Positions 20,879 to 30,729 of a stretch of DNA of 64,000 bases are shown here, one piece after another. The notes beneath the pieces were generated by a model that worked only from the letters and a program-made list of their open reading frames with translations, made no database searches and had not been told where the DNA came from. Every line of letters begins with the position of its first letter. Position 1 is the stretch's first letter. The stretch is from the sequence record NZ_KX832927.1; one strand, written 5' to 3'. The position numbers and the translations under genes were made by a program. The stretch comes from a plasmid.

Positions 20879-21280
20879 TCAAGCTGTTACGCCAGCCTGA
20901 GCCTTTATTGCTTCAAGCACGATCTCTGCTTCCTTGATAGAACCAGTGCTGTACAGCTTATGCAGCACCCGGCCAAGGTTCACAGAGATCTTTTCTTTCA
21001 CTTGGAGATACTTGACATAGAAGTCATACAGTTTCTCCGCCTGCTCAAGGTGGGACATGCTCTCAACGGGAATGGTATTCCCTGGATTGCAGTACCACTT
21101 TCCGAGCACCTTTTGTACAAATCCCTCTTTGTCTCCTACGAACTGATTTGTGCCAAACACCCCACTGGTTGGTGAGCGTTGAATAACAGAAATCGGATTC
21201 GCAAAGCTGGCAAGAGTAGTCATAGTTGTGGCTCCATGTTTGTCAGGGAACCACCAGCCCGAGGGGCAGTGATCCCCCAA
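20879..21280 (-). CDS. hypothetical protein
   Basis: ORF in array. Start uncertain; an internal start at MTTLASF is likely. Confidence 0.4.
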   Translation of the reverse strand: MGDHCPSGWWFPDKHGATTMTTLASFANPISVIQRSPTSGVFGTNQFVGDKEGFVQKVLGKWYCNPGNTIPVESMSHLEQAEKLYDFYVKYLQVKEKISVNLGRVLHKLYSTGSIKEAEIVLEAIKAQAGVTA

Positions 21281-21293
21281 GGGTTATGTAGAA

Positions 21294-21325
21294 TGCTGTT
21301 TGTTTGGGGAGGCCAGCTACCTCAC
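21294..21325 (-). promoter_or_regulatory. conserved box, copy 4
   Basis: TGCTGTTTGTTTGGGGAGGCCAGCTACCTCAC. Confidence 0.5.
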
Positions 21326-21414
21326 TATTCACTCTCGACAGAGAGCAAAATCTTGCTTTCCGAGGGGCACAAACTTTCACATGTGAAAGTCGATGCCACT
21401 GGGAAAGCAGGGGG

Positions 21415-21834
21415 TTAACCCCCCGCTTTAACCCGCGCTAAGCGGTTTAGGATAGACTTCACGCCTTCCCTTACTCCAGATGGATCGTAACCTGCTTCAT
21501 CGCAGCAGACCACAAATGAGAATGGATGTACCTCATCGGACATCACCCAAGCCATCGTTTCCTGCTTGATTTCACTTCCAGCTCGACCATCAGCAAGGAC
21601 TCTAAGGCTATGCCATAAAAGCCCATCACGTAACTGCCTTACCTCATCATCAGTCCATTCAGGCTTTGGCTCAAATGGAATGACTTCTGCGGTCTTCGGC
21701 TCTTCATCCAGGAAGAAAAGCGGCAGCTCAAGCTGGTTTTCCTTCTGGATCATCTTCACTGCATTCATGGTGACTCCTTTTACGGGCACCATGCCCCCAC
21801 AGGGGCATGAAGCCCCCAGTGGGGTTACAGTCAT
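21415..21834 (-). CDS. hypothetical protein
   Basis: ORF downstream of a repeat box. Confidence 0.45.
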   Translation of the reverse strand: MTVTPLGASCPCGGMVPVKGVTMNAVKMIQKENQLELPLFFLDEEPKTAEVIPFEPKPEWTDDEVRQLRDGLLWHSLRVLADGRAGSEIKQETMAWVMSDEVHPFSFVVCCDEAGYDPSGVREGVKSILNRLARVKAGG

Positions 21835-21836
21835 AG

Positions 21837-22064
21837 TTACTTCACGCCTGCCAGTTGAGAATTGATGTTCTCTTCCAGCCAGCCTTGAAGCGATTCAAGG
21901 TCACGTTTGTCTTCCGTATTGCTGGCTTTACGTGCATCTTCCGACACAGCGCTCAACATGGCGTTAGCCTCAGCAAGTGATTCAACATTGTTCCCAGGGA
22001 ACACAATCGTTTGACTGTGATCTTTCATGGTCTTCTCCTTTGAGAATGGAGGACCGTCTCCCAT
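21837..22064 (-). CDS. small hypothetical protein (75 aa)
   Basis: ORF abutting the next gene. Confidence 0.4.
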   Translation of the reverse strand: MGDGPPFSKEKTMKDHSQTIVFPGNNVESLAEANAMLSAVSEDARKASNTEDKRDLESLQGWLEENINSQLAGVK

Positions 22065-22085
22065 CAGGAAGAGCGGCCCCGTGGG

Positions 22086-22409
22086 TTAAAAGTAAAAATC
22101 CTCCAGCTCTTCATGGTCAGGCTTTCGCTCAACTGGTCGAAGCAACTCAGCTTCATCAGCGAACTCAAGCTCAGGATGAAAAGCAGGATGAAATCCTCGA
22201 TGCCAGACTGGACGGTCATTATCGAGGTCTAAGTAGCAGTGCCTCCCACTGGCTGGGTGATAGCAGTAAAGCCACTGTCTACCACTAACGGTAAACGGCT
22301 TCTCTGCACCTCCACATGCCGGTACAAGGTTATCTGCTGCTATATGCGCTACAGCATCCATAGGATCAGTCCTCATCTTCGTCATCACGAACACAAAGAT
22401 CACGAGCAA
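22086..22409 (-). CDS. hypothetical protein (107 aa)
   Basis: ORF in array. Confidence 0.45.
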   Translation of the reverse strand: MLVIFVFVMTKMRTDPMDAVAHIAADNLVPACGGAEKPFTVSGRQWLYCYHPASGRHCYLDLDNDRPVWHRGFHPAFHPELEFADEAELLRPVERKPDHEELEDFYF

Positions 22410-22875
22410 CTATTTCCGCAGCTATCAACGCATAATCGTTGCCCTGCCAGAACCACCGCTCCGCCAGCTCATAGGCTTCGCTGGAAGGTTCGCCATAACC
22501 ATGAGCCACCACGTAATCGTGGAACACTTCATGATCAAATGCCTTGCCATCAGCTTCCATGAACCAACCGACAGGGCACTCCAGAATGCGATGCCTTACG
22601 ACATCTCGCTCTGAATACCCCTCTCTGACGGCTTGCTCCAACATTTCCCGCGACATACCAGGAGGAGTGATGATCTCTATGCTGATCCCGTCACTTCCTG
22701 CAAGATTGTCCTCGTATGGAAGACCGGCAAGTGTAAGGTGATTGCGCTTGCACCAGCCGATGGTCCGAAGTATCCGACTTTTGTCAGACTCCCTGGCCGT
22801 GTATCGGTTAAGCTGCATAGCCACCTCCAGCACACTCCCCATCTTCGATTTCACTTCCGAGCTCGACCATTCCAA
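22366..22875 (-). CDS. hypothetical acidic protein (169 aa)
   Basis: Acidic C-terminal tail (DDEDED). Typical of leading-region anti-defence proteins, but no motif recognised. Confidence 0.45.
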   Translation of the reverse strand: MEWSSSEVKSKMGSVLEVAMQLNRYTARESDKSRILRTIGWCKRNHLTLAGLPYEDNLAGSDGISIEIITPPGMSREMLEQAVREGYSERDVVRHRILECPVGWFMEADGKAFDHEVFHDYVVAHGYGEPSSEAYELAERWFWQGNDYALIAAEIVARDLCVRDDEDED

Positions 22876-23197
22876 TCAGGTCAAGCTGGGTCATGTCCGA
22901 ATCCAGAGAGCAGTCAATTGCTGACTGAATGATGCCTTTGTGGGCCAAGCCTAAAACGGACTTAATAGTCGAAAGCAGAGACTCGGCTTCGCTCTCGATT
23001 TGCTCCAGAATGTCTTTCCATTCCCAGTGCTCAAACGGTTGCCAAACGACCAGATCCTCAGGCTCGTCTCCCCGTTCGACACACTCAGACAAATACTCAT
23101 AAGCCTTGCACCAATTCTCTTGTTGGCCCAGTTCACTGAGCACTAGAGCGGTAGCATGACCGTATGCGATTTGTTCAACTTTGGTATTGATAGACAT
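22808..23197 (-). CDS. hypothetical acidic protein (129 aa)
   Basis: ORF in array. Confidence 0.45.
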   Translation of the reverse strand: MSINTKVEQIAYGHATALVLSELGQQENWCKAYEYLSECVERGDEPEDLVVWQPFEHWEWKDILEQIESEAESLLSTIKSVLGLAHKGIIQSAIDCSLDSDMTQLDLIGMVELGSEIEDGECAGGGYAA

Positions 23198-23258
23198 AGT
23201 GTTTCTCCTCGTAATGGATAGAGGAGCCCCACCCGCAGGAAAGGCTCCTCCGGATGGG

Positions 23259-23489
23259 TTAAATTTCCAAGGTCACATCGGTTTTTGCTTTAGCGCAGCA
23301 AACCAACACTTCCCCTTCTTTGACAAATGCGATGGGCGTCTCGTCATAGGCCACTTGACCTTCGAGTAGACGAACCCGGCACATGCCACAAAAGCCACTG
23401 CGACAATGCGTTTCAACAGTGAGGCCTTTGCTTTCGATTTGCGCCAACAGCACATTGTTGCTGGCTTGAAGTTGTACGTTCATGGTCAC
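23259..23489 (-). CDS. small 2Fe-2S ferredoxin-like protein
   Basis: Cx4Cx2C...C pattern (CRSGFCGMCRV...CC). Confidence 0.45.
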   Translation of the reverse strand: MTMNVQLQASNNVLLAQIESKGLTVETHCRSGFCGMCRVRLLEGQVAYDETPIAFVKEGEVLVCCAKAKTDVTLEI

Positions 23490-23548
23490 GCTCCTTTGTT
23501 GTTGATGAGCGCGACCAATCCCCTCCGGGATGTCACGCCCCGGTTGGG

Positions 23549-24472
23549 CTACTCAGCAAGTGCATAGACACCTACCTCGATGCGAATAAAGAACCTGGCA
23601 TCTTGAAGAACTTGCCTGACCTTTGCTTGCCAGTGGTTGTTCTCTCGATGCTTTGCGTAGGGTTCAATCTCTTTGTAAATCTGCTCCAGCTTCAACGTTT
23701 TCCCCTGTAGGGTTCGGCGTATTGCAGCTTTCCACGTAGTCGAAACCATATTGGTTGCTCGACGGTGTACGGCAGCAAGAAGACAGAGCGATGAGGCAAC
23801 GTCGTTACGACGAAACACCAACAGCTTTTCATGGGCGATACGCACCAGCTTCCCGGAATACTGAGTTCGGTCACTCACACAGTTGTGCTGTGTTTTGATG
23901 ATCTCATCCACCAGCTTCCCAGGTGCGATACGTTCCACAAGGCTGGACAGGTTGAAATAATCCCCATCGCGCCTCAGGTTTCCCATGAGGATTCCGTAAT
24001 GCCCTCCTCGCTCACAGGCGTCATGAATATTCATAACGGCCAGCTCAAGGGCTTCAACGAACTCAGGCAAATTCATGCGGCTCATATCCCATTTGTTGGG
24101 CTCGCCCCACTGCTTACCTGAATACTGGATCATGTCCCAGTAAGGAGGGTGCCACCAGATCAGGTGTGCAGGCTCTCCGAGGAACGAAAGGAAGTCATCC
24201 CGCAACAGGTTGAACCCCTGATGCAAGTCTGTCCCTTTGAAACGGACACCAAGTTCATTGGCAACGTCGATGCTAGAGCCACCCCCAACACTTGGGTCTG
24301 CCACCAGCCCGTTCGGCTTTCTCATGTAAGACTCAATGAAGTCTTTAACGATAAAGCCCGAGCAGTTGCCTCGGTACTTGTTGTTTCCGTAAGGCCCCCT
24401 GTTTTCGTAGGAGCATACTGATGATTTGAACATGGCGTCCTCCATCATAGATGGGGCGCACCATGCTCCCAT
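23549..24472 (-). CDS. orphan N6-adenine/N4-cytosine DNA methyltransferase
   Basis: Motif I-like DPSVGGGSS followed by motif IV HPPYW. No partner endonuclease. Confidence 0.65.
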   Translation of the reverse strand: MGAWCAPSMMEDAMFKSSVCSYENRGPYGNNKYRGNCSGFIVKDFIESYMRKPNGLVADPSVGGGSSIDVANELGVRFKGTDLHQGFNLLRDDFLSFLGEPAHLIWWHPPYWDMIQYSGKQWGEPNKWDMSRMNLPEFVEALELAVMNIHDACERGGHYGILMGNLRRDGDYFNLSSLVERIAPGKLVDEIIKTQHNCVSDRTQYSGKLVRIAHEKLLVFRRNDVASSLCLLAAVHRRATNMVSTTWKAAIRRTLQGKTLKLEQIYKEIEPYAKHRENNHWQAKVRQVLQDARFFIRIEVGVYALAE

Positions 24473-24506
24473 CAGGGGCCGGTTCGCCCCTGGTTAGGGA
24501 TTAAGA

Positions 24507-25007
24507 TCAAGCGTTATCTGCATACCACCAGCTAAGGCGATTGCAATCACGAAAGAAGGTTGCTTCATCAGGAGCCTTCATCATGACCACATCACCTTCG
24601 CAGTAGGTGCATAGCTCAAGCGTTGCTTCATTTTTCCAAAAGGCACTGCACCCCGATTCTTGATACACAACCTCCCATTTGGGATGTCGCAAGTACCGAT
24701 GGAAGAAATCGAGAGTGTCACCATAAGGGAAGTTGAAGCGCTCCATCACTGAACCATTTTCTGTCAGTTCAGGTTTAACCTTGCCGGTTTTCAAGCGCTT
24801 CTTGATGATGCGCTGAACCCAACGAAGTCGTGCAAACAGCCGATTGGTGTCTTTCTCGTACCACTGGGGATTACGCTTGCTCCAGTAGAGCTTGGCGAAG
24901 ATTTCCCCGGACAAATCCTTCATCTGGTTTTCGTTGAGCTCATCAAGAAAACGTCGAGAAGGTTTGTCGTAGTCAAGAACTGCTTCCAAAGCTGATAGGT
25001 TTTTCAT
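24507..25007 (-). CDS. hypothetical protein (166 aa)
   Basis: ORF in array. Confidence 0.5.
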   Translation of the reverse strand: MKNLSALEAVLDYDKPSRRFLDELNENQMKDLSGEIFAKLYWSKRNPQWYEKDTNRLFARLRWVQRIIKKRLKTGKVKPELTENGSVMERFNFPYGDTLDFFHRYLRHPKWEVVYQESGCSAFWKNEATLELCTYCEGDVVMMKAPDEATFFRDCNRLSWWYADNA

Positions 25008-25097
25008 AGGGACTCCTTATTGCGATTGCGGAGCCCCGTCCCCTCAGGGCTATCGGAGCCCCATAGGGTTAATTAGGGTTAATGGTTGAACGGCGAT

Positions 25098-25637
25098 TTA
25101 TCGAGGGTTGGTGAATCGAATGGCTTTACCAACGAAATCGGCCATCAGTCGATTCCCAGTAGAGCTGAAATAGCTCTGCCACTCTTTCCAACCACCAACG
25201 GATTCCACCGAGCTTGGAGACTCGAAGATACCCCAGATACGCATTTCACAACCTCGTTGCAACACTCGGTTTACCTGGTCAACCAAGTATTCCTTGTTCT
25301 GCAATGAAGAGAGGTTGCAAGGCATCTGCATGATCAGCTTTTCAGCTTGCTCGAAGTCGATTTTTTCAATCAACCCCGTGCGGGTATCCACAGAGAATGG
25401 AACCACCTGTTGACCGTGGTTAGACCACAACCAATGGGTGATATAGATCGGATTAACGCCAACTTCCGCTGGCACCAATACGCTGCCGCAAGACCGCAAC
25501 AGCCAGACCAGACGTAAACCATCGAATCGATCCAGAGACTCCACATCGGTAGTGATGTCATCCTGGTAGATTTCAGGCAGCTTATGTTCGGCGGCGAGAG
25601 AGATCATTACGGATTTGAGATTGTTCAGATGAGACAT
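25098..25637 (-). CDS. hypothetical protein (179 aa)
   Basis: ORF downstream of a repeat box. Confidence 0.5.
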   Translation of the reverse strand: MSHLNNLKSVMISLAAEHKLPEIYQDDITTDVESLDRFDGLRLVWLLRSCGSVLVPAEVGVNPIYITHWLWSNHGQQVVPFSVDTRTGLIEKIDFEQAEKLIMQMPCNLSSLQNKEYLVDQVNRVLQRGCEMRIWGIFESPSSVESVGGWKEWQSYFSSTGNRLMADFVGKAIRFTNPR

Positions 25638-25707
25638 GTGTGCTCCTTAAAGTAACTTGGGCACACAGAGCCTGTCAGGCGCAGTGCGCCCTTAGGCTGA
25701 GGTTGAA

Positions 25708-25739
25708 TGCTGTTTGTTTTTGGCGACCAGCTATCGCAC
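25708..25739 (-). promoter_or_regulatory. conserved box, copy 5
   Basis: Exact TGCTGTTTGTTTTTGGCGACCAGCTATCGCAC. Confidence 0.55.
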
Positions 25740-25901
25740 GTTTCGCCCTCAGAGAGGACAAAATTCACTTTCTCAGCAACCCTCAATGAAGGCCTCTGAG
25801 AAAGTGGGAGGGTATTCCCTCCTCACTTTGATTGTTCCACGAGAGCTGTGTGAACAGGAACGCTCAAACTGCCCTTTTCGGGTGCAAAGCTCAAAGACGC
25901 A

Positions 25902-26237
25902 TCAACTGCCCCGTCTTTTCAGTTCTTCGACCAGATGTTCAGGCACCTTACTCGCAGTACAGGCCAGCAATACATCGAGGCCTACCGGCTTGTGAAAGCG
26001 CTTATTTGACCAGGAATCGCCAACTGATGACTTTGCCCAGTCGATTGCTTGCCCAAGACTGTGGAACTGCCGCCTGCCTGTGTATCCCATACGACTATCC
26101 AAAGTAACACCCTGGAACAGTCTCCAGTACATCGGAGGAATGCGCTTAGCAAGCAGTAAAAAAGGCGTCTCCGGCACTGTAGCCCTTCTACCTTTGTTCC
26201 GATGATACAAATCCAAAGATGAATGGAATTGGTTCAT
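25902..26237 (-). CDS. hypothetical basic protein (111 aa)
   Basis: ORF. Confidence 0.4.
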   Translation of the reverse strand: MNQFHSSLDLYHRNKGRRATVPETPFLLLAKRIPPMYWRLFQGVTLDSRMGYTGRRQFHSLGQAIDWAKSSVGDSWSNKRFHKPVGLDVLLACTASKVPEHLVEELKRRGS

Positions 26238-26298
26238 AGACTCTCCAAATAAAAACGGCCACCCCCGAAGGGATAGCCGTTTGTCGTTTCACTTCCTG

Positions 26299-28095
26299 TT
26301 AAGCTGCAAAAGCAGTCAATGACCGCTCCATCAACTTAAACAGTGTGCGTTGCAGAGCTGCCGCATCATCAATGACAATGTTCTTTTGGAACAGTCCTGA
26401 CACTGCGGTAGTCTCTACCCCTATGCCGATCACCTCAACATCGCTTCGTTCACAGAGGTCAATCACTGAGCGACATGCCGGGGCGCTTTGAGGCTGCCCG
26501 TCAGTCACTACGATCAACATTTTTCGCTCTTCACGGGTCTTGGTGAGTTCAAAAGCTGCATACCACATAGCTTCCGCCATAGGCGTACCGCCAGTTGCTT
26601 TGAACCCAAACCGACCGGCCCGATTCTGAACCGTATCTCCATGCTTCACGACACTGAACACTGGCTGGTTCCGGTTGCCACCAAAAAAGGTGACTGCCGG
26701 GTTTACGCCGGGTATTGCTTCCAGAGCCATCGAAATAGCCAAGGACGCTTCCCGCGCAATGTCTTGACGCTCCTTTCCATTGGCGGCCTTGTAGGCCATC
26801 GAGGAGCTCATATCAACCAGGATGTGAACCGCCGTATTAGGGCGTTTCTTGGCTTCCGGCTTGAGGAATACGCGGGTATCACCCGTCACTACACGATGTA
26901 GTTTCCGAGCATCCACACGCTTCCCTGATCGTTGGTTACGGTGAGCAACTCGCTGGCTGGCCTGGACCAATCCGTAGAGCTGCGTTCTTATCTTTGAAGT
27001 GGTGCTCTTCACATCCCCTACCAGGCTTTTGCCAACAGCAGGGTTGTCCTGGGTGTTCACAGCAGAGCGAACAGTCATATAGCTACTGTCCCCCTTATCT
27101 TGAGCCACCCGGTTGAGCTCGGCTTTAAGTGCATCATGCGCGTCACCACGCAAATCACCGGCACCGGCATTCAGAACCTGCTGGAGCATTTTGGCCGCGT
27201 CTTGTTTCGCCGCGTCAGAATTGCCACCAGCCTGGCTTTGTCCTGCCTTGCTGCCACCATCAGTATCCGACTTGCCTTGGTCGCCCTGTCCTTTCGGATC
27301 AGATTTCCCGTTAGCATCGTCTTGCTTCTGGTCTTTACCTTGCTGATCACCACCATTGGCATCAGGCCCTTGGTTTTGATCGTTACCACTTCCGCCCTGA
27401 CTGTTCTGAGGTTGGTTGCCACCAGCATTCTGCTGGTTGTTACCATCCTGACCATTCAGGGGCTTTTGCTCTTCTTTCTCCTTTTCCTCCTCGATCATCT
27501 TGATGATTTGGTCGGCCAAGGATGTCACCTCTGCGGTTGACTTAGTGTTCACAGCCTTACGCAGTAAAGCGTTCAGCCGAACAACAACACCCTGAGGGAA
27601 CACGCGCTCGAATACGGGGGTAGCCGAATCGAGATAGGGTTGAAGGACGGATTGCCCTACAGCCTTGGTTTGCAACCAGTACAAACAAAACCCTGTCAGA
27701 ATGGAGGCAGGGGCCTCTTTGTCTGTGACGTGCTCGTAATGACCAGCTTGAGCCATATAGCGAGCAACCTCATTCAGGGTCTGCGACGTACCGGGGAAGA
27801 GTTCCATCATGGCCCGTTCTATGCGGCAGTCCTCCAAAACGTTGGACAACTCAGCATGAAGACCTCTGCGGCGCTCAACACCAAAGTCCGTAAACCGGAC
27901 ATGGGCTGCTTCATGGGCCAAATACCCCCAGACAGCATCCATGTGAGGATAGTCGTCGGGGATATTCGGAACCACGATGGTCTTACCATCGGTGTATGCG
28001 TCATCGTTACCGATGGCGACTTTGACACCGAGTTTTTCACCATAGGCTGCGGCCACGATTGGTAGAGCGCTGTAAATGGTGCGTTTTTTGGACAT
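26299..28095 (-). CDS. von Willebrand factor A (vWA) domain protein, CobT-like, with Gly/Asp/Gln-rich linker
   Basis: MIDAS-type DxSxS motif (DMSSSM) within a vWA fold at the C-terminus. Low-complexity central region. Partner of the CobS-like ATPase in these elements. Confidence 0.7.
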   Translation of the reverse strand: MSKKRTIYSALPIVAAAYGEKLGVKVAIGNDDAYTDGKTIVVPNIPDDYPHMDAVWGYLAHEAAHVRFTDFGVERRRGLHAELSNVLEDCRIERAMMELFPGTSQTLNEVARYMAQAGHYEHVTDKEAPASILTGFCLYWLQTKAVGQSVLQPYLDSATPVFERVFPQGVVVRLNALLRKAVNTKSTAEVTSLADQIIKMIEEEKEKEEQKPLNGQDGNNQQNAGGNQPQNSQGGSGNDQNQGPDANGGDQQGKDQKQDDANGKSDPKGQGDQGKSDTDGGSKAGQSQAGGNSDAAKQDAAKMLQQVLNAGAGDLRGDAHDALKAELNRVAQDKGDSSYMTVRSAVNTQDNPAVGKSLVGDVKSTTSKIRTQLYGLVQASQRVAHRNQRSGKRVDARKLHRVVTGDTRVFLKPEAKKRPNTAVHILVDMSSSMAYKAANGKERQDIAREASLAISMALEAIPGVNPAVTFFGGNRNQPVFSVVKHGDTVQNRAGRFGFKATGGTPMAEAMWYAAFELTKTREERKMLIVVTDGQPQSAPACRSVIDLCERSDVEVIGIGVETTAVSGLFQKNIVIDDAAALQRTLFKLMERSLTAFAA

Positions 28096-28179
28096 ATCTT
28101 TTCTCCTGGTAGGGAAGGAGATAGTCCACCCCTGGAGGGAATGGCTATCCCCTCCGGGTCGGTTTAGTTGAAGTGACTA

Positions 28180-29469
28180 TTAGAAGAAATAGTCGCCATC
28201 GTCGTCAGTTTTAGGCAGCTCCTGGTTGAGAGGCTCCTCTGTCGGCTCCTCTTGGACAGGCTCTTGCTCTACCGGAGTTTCCTCAGGCAAAACCGGCTCA
28301 TCCTCAACATCAACGCGCTCTTCTCGAACCACATCACCGGCATTGGATTCATCTTCCGATTCACCCTCGCCTCGTTCTGCAAAACTCTTGAAGAAGTTGT
28401 CGATGTCTTCATCCAGGTCAACAGCGTTACCACCGCTGTTAGTCTGTTCTGATTGAACAGATTCAGTACCACCTACCTGTTGCTGCTTGGTTTCGCCACC
28501 CTCTGTTGCAGGGATAAGCTCACCGGCTTTATCGCTTTTCTGTTCGGCCTTTTCATCTTTAGAACGGTCCCCCATCTGGGCTCCCGAACCGCCAATGTCA
28601 TTAGCCATGCCCTCTACAGTAATCGAGCCATTGGCATACTGCTCGATGCGGTCCCTCTCGCTCATGATCAGCACTGCGGCCACGACCTGATAAAAGAAAG
28701 GCGCAACGATGTTTCGGCCATCGGCATGTTGCTCGTATCCCCGGAGGGTTTGGTCGAGCAGCTTGACCAGAGGGTTAAAAGCGCTGTTCAGGAAGCTAAG
28801 CCCATCCACCTTGTCGCGGATGTTACGGAGTGTCTGCCGAGTAGTGACCGCACATTGGTCTCGACCGGCCAAACGTTCCATATAGAACTTATTCGCTTCC
28901 TGAACCACTTCGGAGATGAGATCGTCACCCAAGCGCTCAACCTTGCGGTTAAGGCGTTTGGCGTTGGCCTCATCTTCGTTCACAGGCTGGATCATGAACA
29001 CCTGGTACTCAAAGCCAATCCGCTCCTCGACCGTTTCCTTTGGAAGGGCTCCGGCACGGATAGCTCGTTCATACTCAGGGTTCTCCTGACACCATTCATC
29101 CACGGCTTTGTTGTAACCTTTGATGAAATCCTGTTTCAGTTGGTTAAACTGAAAGTTTATGTCATTCAGCTTGTTACAGATTTCATCGGTCTTGCTGACG
29201 GGTACGGCAAATCCGTTCATGAACGGCATACCGAATTTCAGCAGGAGGCGACGAGTTTCTGTTTTCAGGCGATGAAAGCCTTTCAGCTTAGCCGGATCAC
29301 AGATCTTCTTACTTCCCAGTTGAGCTACTTTCTCAGGTGGAATTTCACCACCCTCGCCCAGCTTGAGATCAGATGCAGACAAACGGGTTTGTCCACTCCA
29401 GATGTCAAAGTCTACGTGGATAACACAGAGGCTTTGTAGATGGTTCACTTTAGTCATGATGCACTCCAA
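28180..29469 (-). CDS. hypothetical protein with long acidic C-terminal tail ending ...DDDGDYFF
   Basis: 429 aa. Upstream repeat box. Confidence 0.55.
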   Translation of the reverse strand: MECIMTKVNHLQSLCVIHVDFDIWSGQTRLSASDLKLGEGGEIPPEKVAQLGSKKICDPAKLKGFHRLKTETRRLLLKFGMPFMNGFAVPVSKTDEICNKLNDINFQFNQLKQDFIKGYNKAVDEWCQENPEYERAIRAGALPKETVEERIGFEYQVFMIQPVNEDEANAKRLNRKVERLGDDLISEVVQEANKFYMERLAGRDQCAVTTRQTLRNIRDKVDGLSFLNSAFNPLVKLLDQTLRGYEQHADGRNIVAPFFYQVVAAVLIMSERDRIEQYANGSITVEGMANDIGGSGAQMGDRSKDEKAEQKSDKAGELIPATEGGETKQQQVGGTESVQSEQTNSGGNAVDLDEDIDNFFKSFAERGEGESEDESNAGDVVREERVDVEDEPVLPEETPVEQEPVQEEPTEEPLNQELPKTDDDGDYFF

Positions 29470-29525
29470 AAAGTTGGGGGCGCACCACGTCCCGAACCGG
29501 GCGGATGCGCCCGGTTGGGCTAGTA

Positions 29526-29571
29526 AATTAACGTTAATTTGCTGTTTGTTTTTGGCGACCAGCTATCGCAC
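29526..29571 (-). promoter_or_regulatory. conserved box, copy 6, with palindrome
   Basis: AATTAACGTTAATT followed by the exact box. The flanking 70 bp are identical to copy 7. Confidence 0.55.
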
Positions 29572-29656
29572 TTTTCGCTCTCCGAAGAGAACAAAATCTT
29601 GCTTTCCGTTGGAGACTCCCAGAATCCCCAAGGGAAAGCGGGGGAAAATCCCCCAC

Positions 29657-30667
29657 TCACCAGTAGAACGTCTCTACTTCTTCCGGCAAATCATCAAGAG
29701 GAGCAAGCACGTCCTCATCAACAATGTACCGTGGCTTCACAGAGCCAGTAACCGTTACACGGCACCGCTCTGATGACTTCTCTCTGTACTGGTCAACATC
29801 CTCAGGCTTCACGCCTGACGCCTTATCAGCCAACAGCTTTTTGTAGTCTACCCGGCCAGCCGCTTTGTATCTCGTTACCATCACACCGCAGTAGTCGGCA
29901 TGGAAGTATTCCCCCATGAGGGACTTCATGGTGTCGAGATGAGGCTTTTGCCTTTCTTGAAGCTCAGACAGTCGCTGTTTCAGCTCCTGAATCTCAGCAT
30001 CATAGAGGCGGTATTCCTCAGCAGCAGCAATCCAACGGTTGACCTCTTCACCTTGCGGTATGTACAGGTCTCTCTCTGGATCTTTGTCGGGCTCCTTCTT
30101 GTCTACTACCTGTTGCCAGAACTTTTTAGCCTCGGCCAAGATTTCTTGAATCATGGCTTCGTCTCGGAGTATTGGAAACTCCTGAATCTGACCTTCAAAG
30201 TAGAAGACTAACCAGCCTTGCTTGGCCCCCGTTACCAGGAGCTGGTGTTGCACCTGCGGGTAATAAAGCTGGTATGCCTTGCTGTTTGCTTTCTCAGCAC
30301 AAACATCTTCCCAGACAGTCGCACTCGGGCTTTTCAGCTCGACGGGCTCCCCGTTATCTCTCAGGCCATCCAGGGAGGCCCTCATGAGCGGGTATTGAAC
30401 CGATTCGACACAGGCGGGGAGCAGCATGTCATCATACTTCTCCTCGAAAGCGCGTCTTGCAGCATCTTCGTTTTCTATCCCCCGGCGAACCAGCGGATTA
30501 AGACTCAGATCGACTTCACGCGCATACCCAGTCTTCTCGGCCCACAGTCTCCATCGTGTTTTGTACGGAGACCGATTGAGCAGGATAGCGGCGTCAGTGG
30601 CTGTTACACCTTGACGCCGCCAATCAAGCCAATCTTCCTCTCGTTGCGATAGGTTGACTATTTTCAT
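29657..30667 (-). CDS. exo: lambda-exonuclease/YqaJ-type alkaline exonuclease (Exo)
   Basis: YqaJ-like N-terminal motifs (WLDWRRQGVTATDAAIL). GGAGAGAGG RBS. Gene order ssb-bet-exo as in SXT/IncC recombination modules. Confidence 0.75.
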   Translation of the reverse strand: MKIVNLSQREEDWLDWRRQGVTATDAAILLNRSPYKTRWRLWAEKTGYAREVDLSLNPLVRRGIENEDAARRAFEEKYDDMLLPACVESVQYPLMRASLDGLRDNGEPVELKSPSATVWEDVCAEKANSKAYQLYYPQVQHQLLVTGAKQGWLVFYFEGQIQEFPILRDEAMIQEILAEAKKFWQQVVDKKEPDKDPERDLYIPQGEEVNRWIAAAEEYRLYDAEIQELKQRLSELQERQKPHLDTMKSLMGEYFHADYCGVMVTRYKAAGRVDYKKLLADKASGVKPEDVDQYREKSSERCRVTVTGSVKPRYIVDEDVLAPLDDLPEEVETFYW

Positions 30668-30729
30668 GGACCTCTCTCCAATGGTTAGGAGGGAGATCTC
30701 CCCCAGCGGGGGAGTCCCCCCCGTTGGGG

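Noticed and set aside
28453-29439. 328 aa plus-strand ORF antisense to the 429 aa gene
   Set aside because: Fully nested antisense to a gene with an upstream promoter box and RBS. No independent signals.
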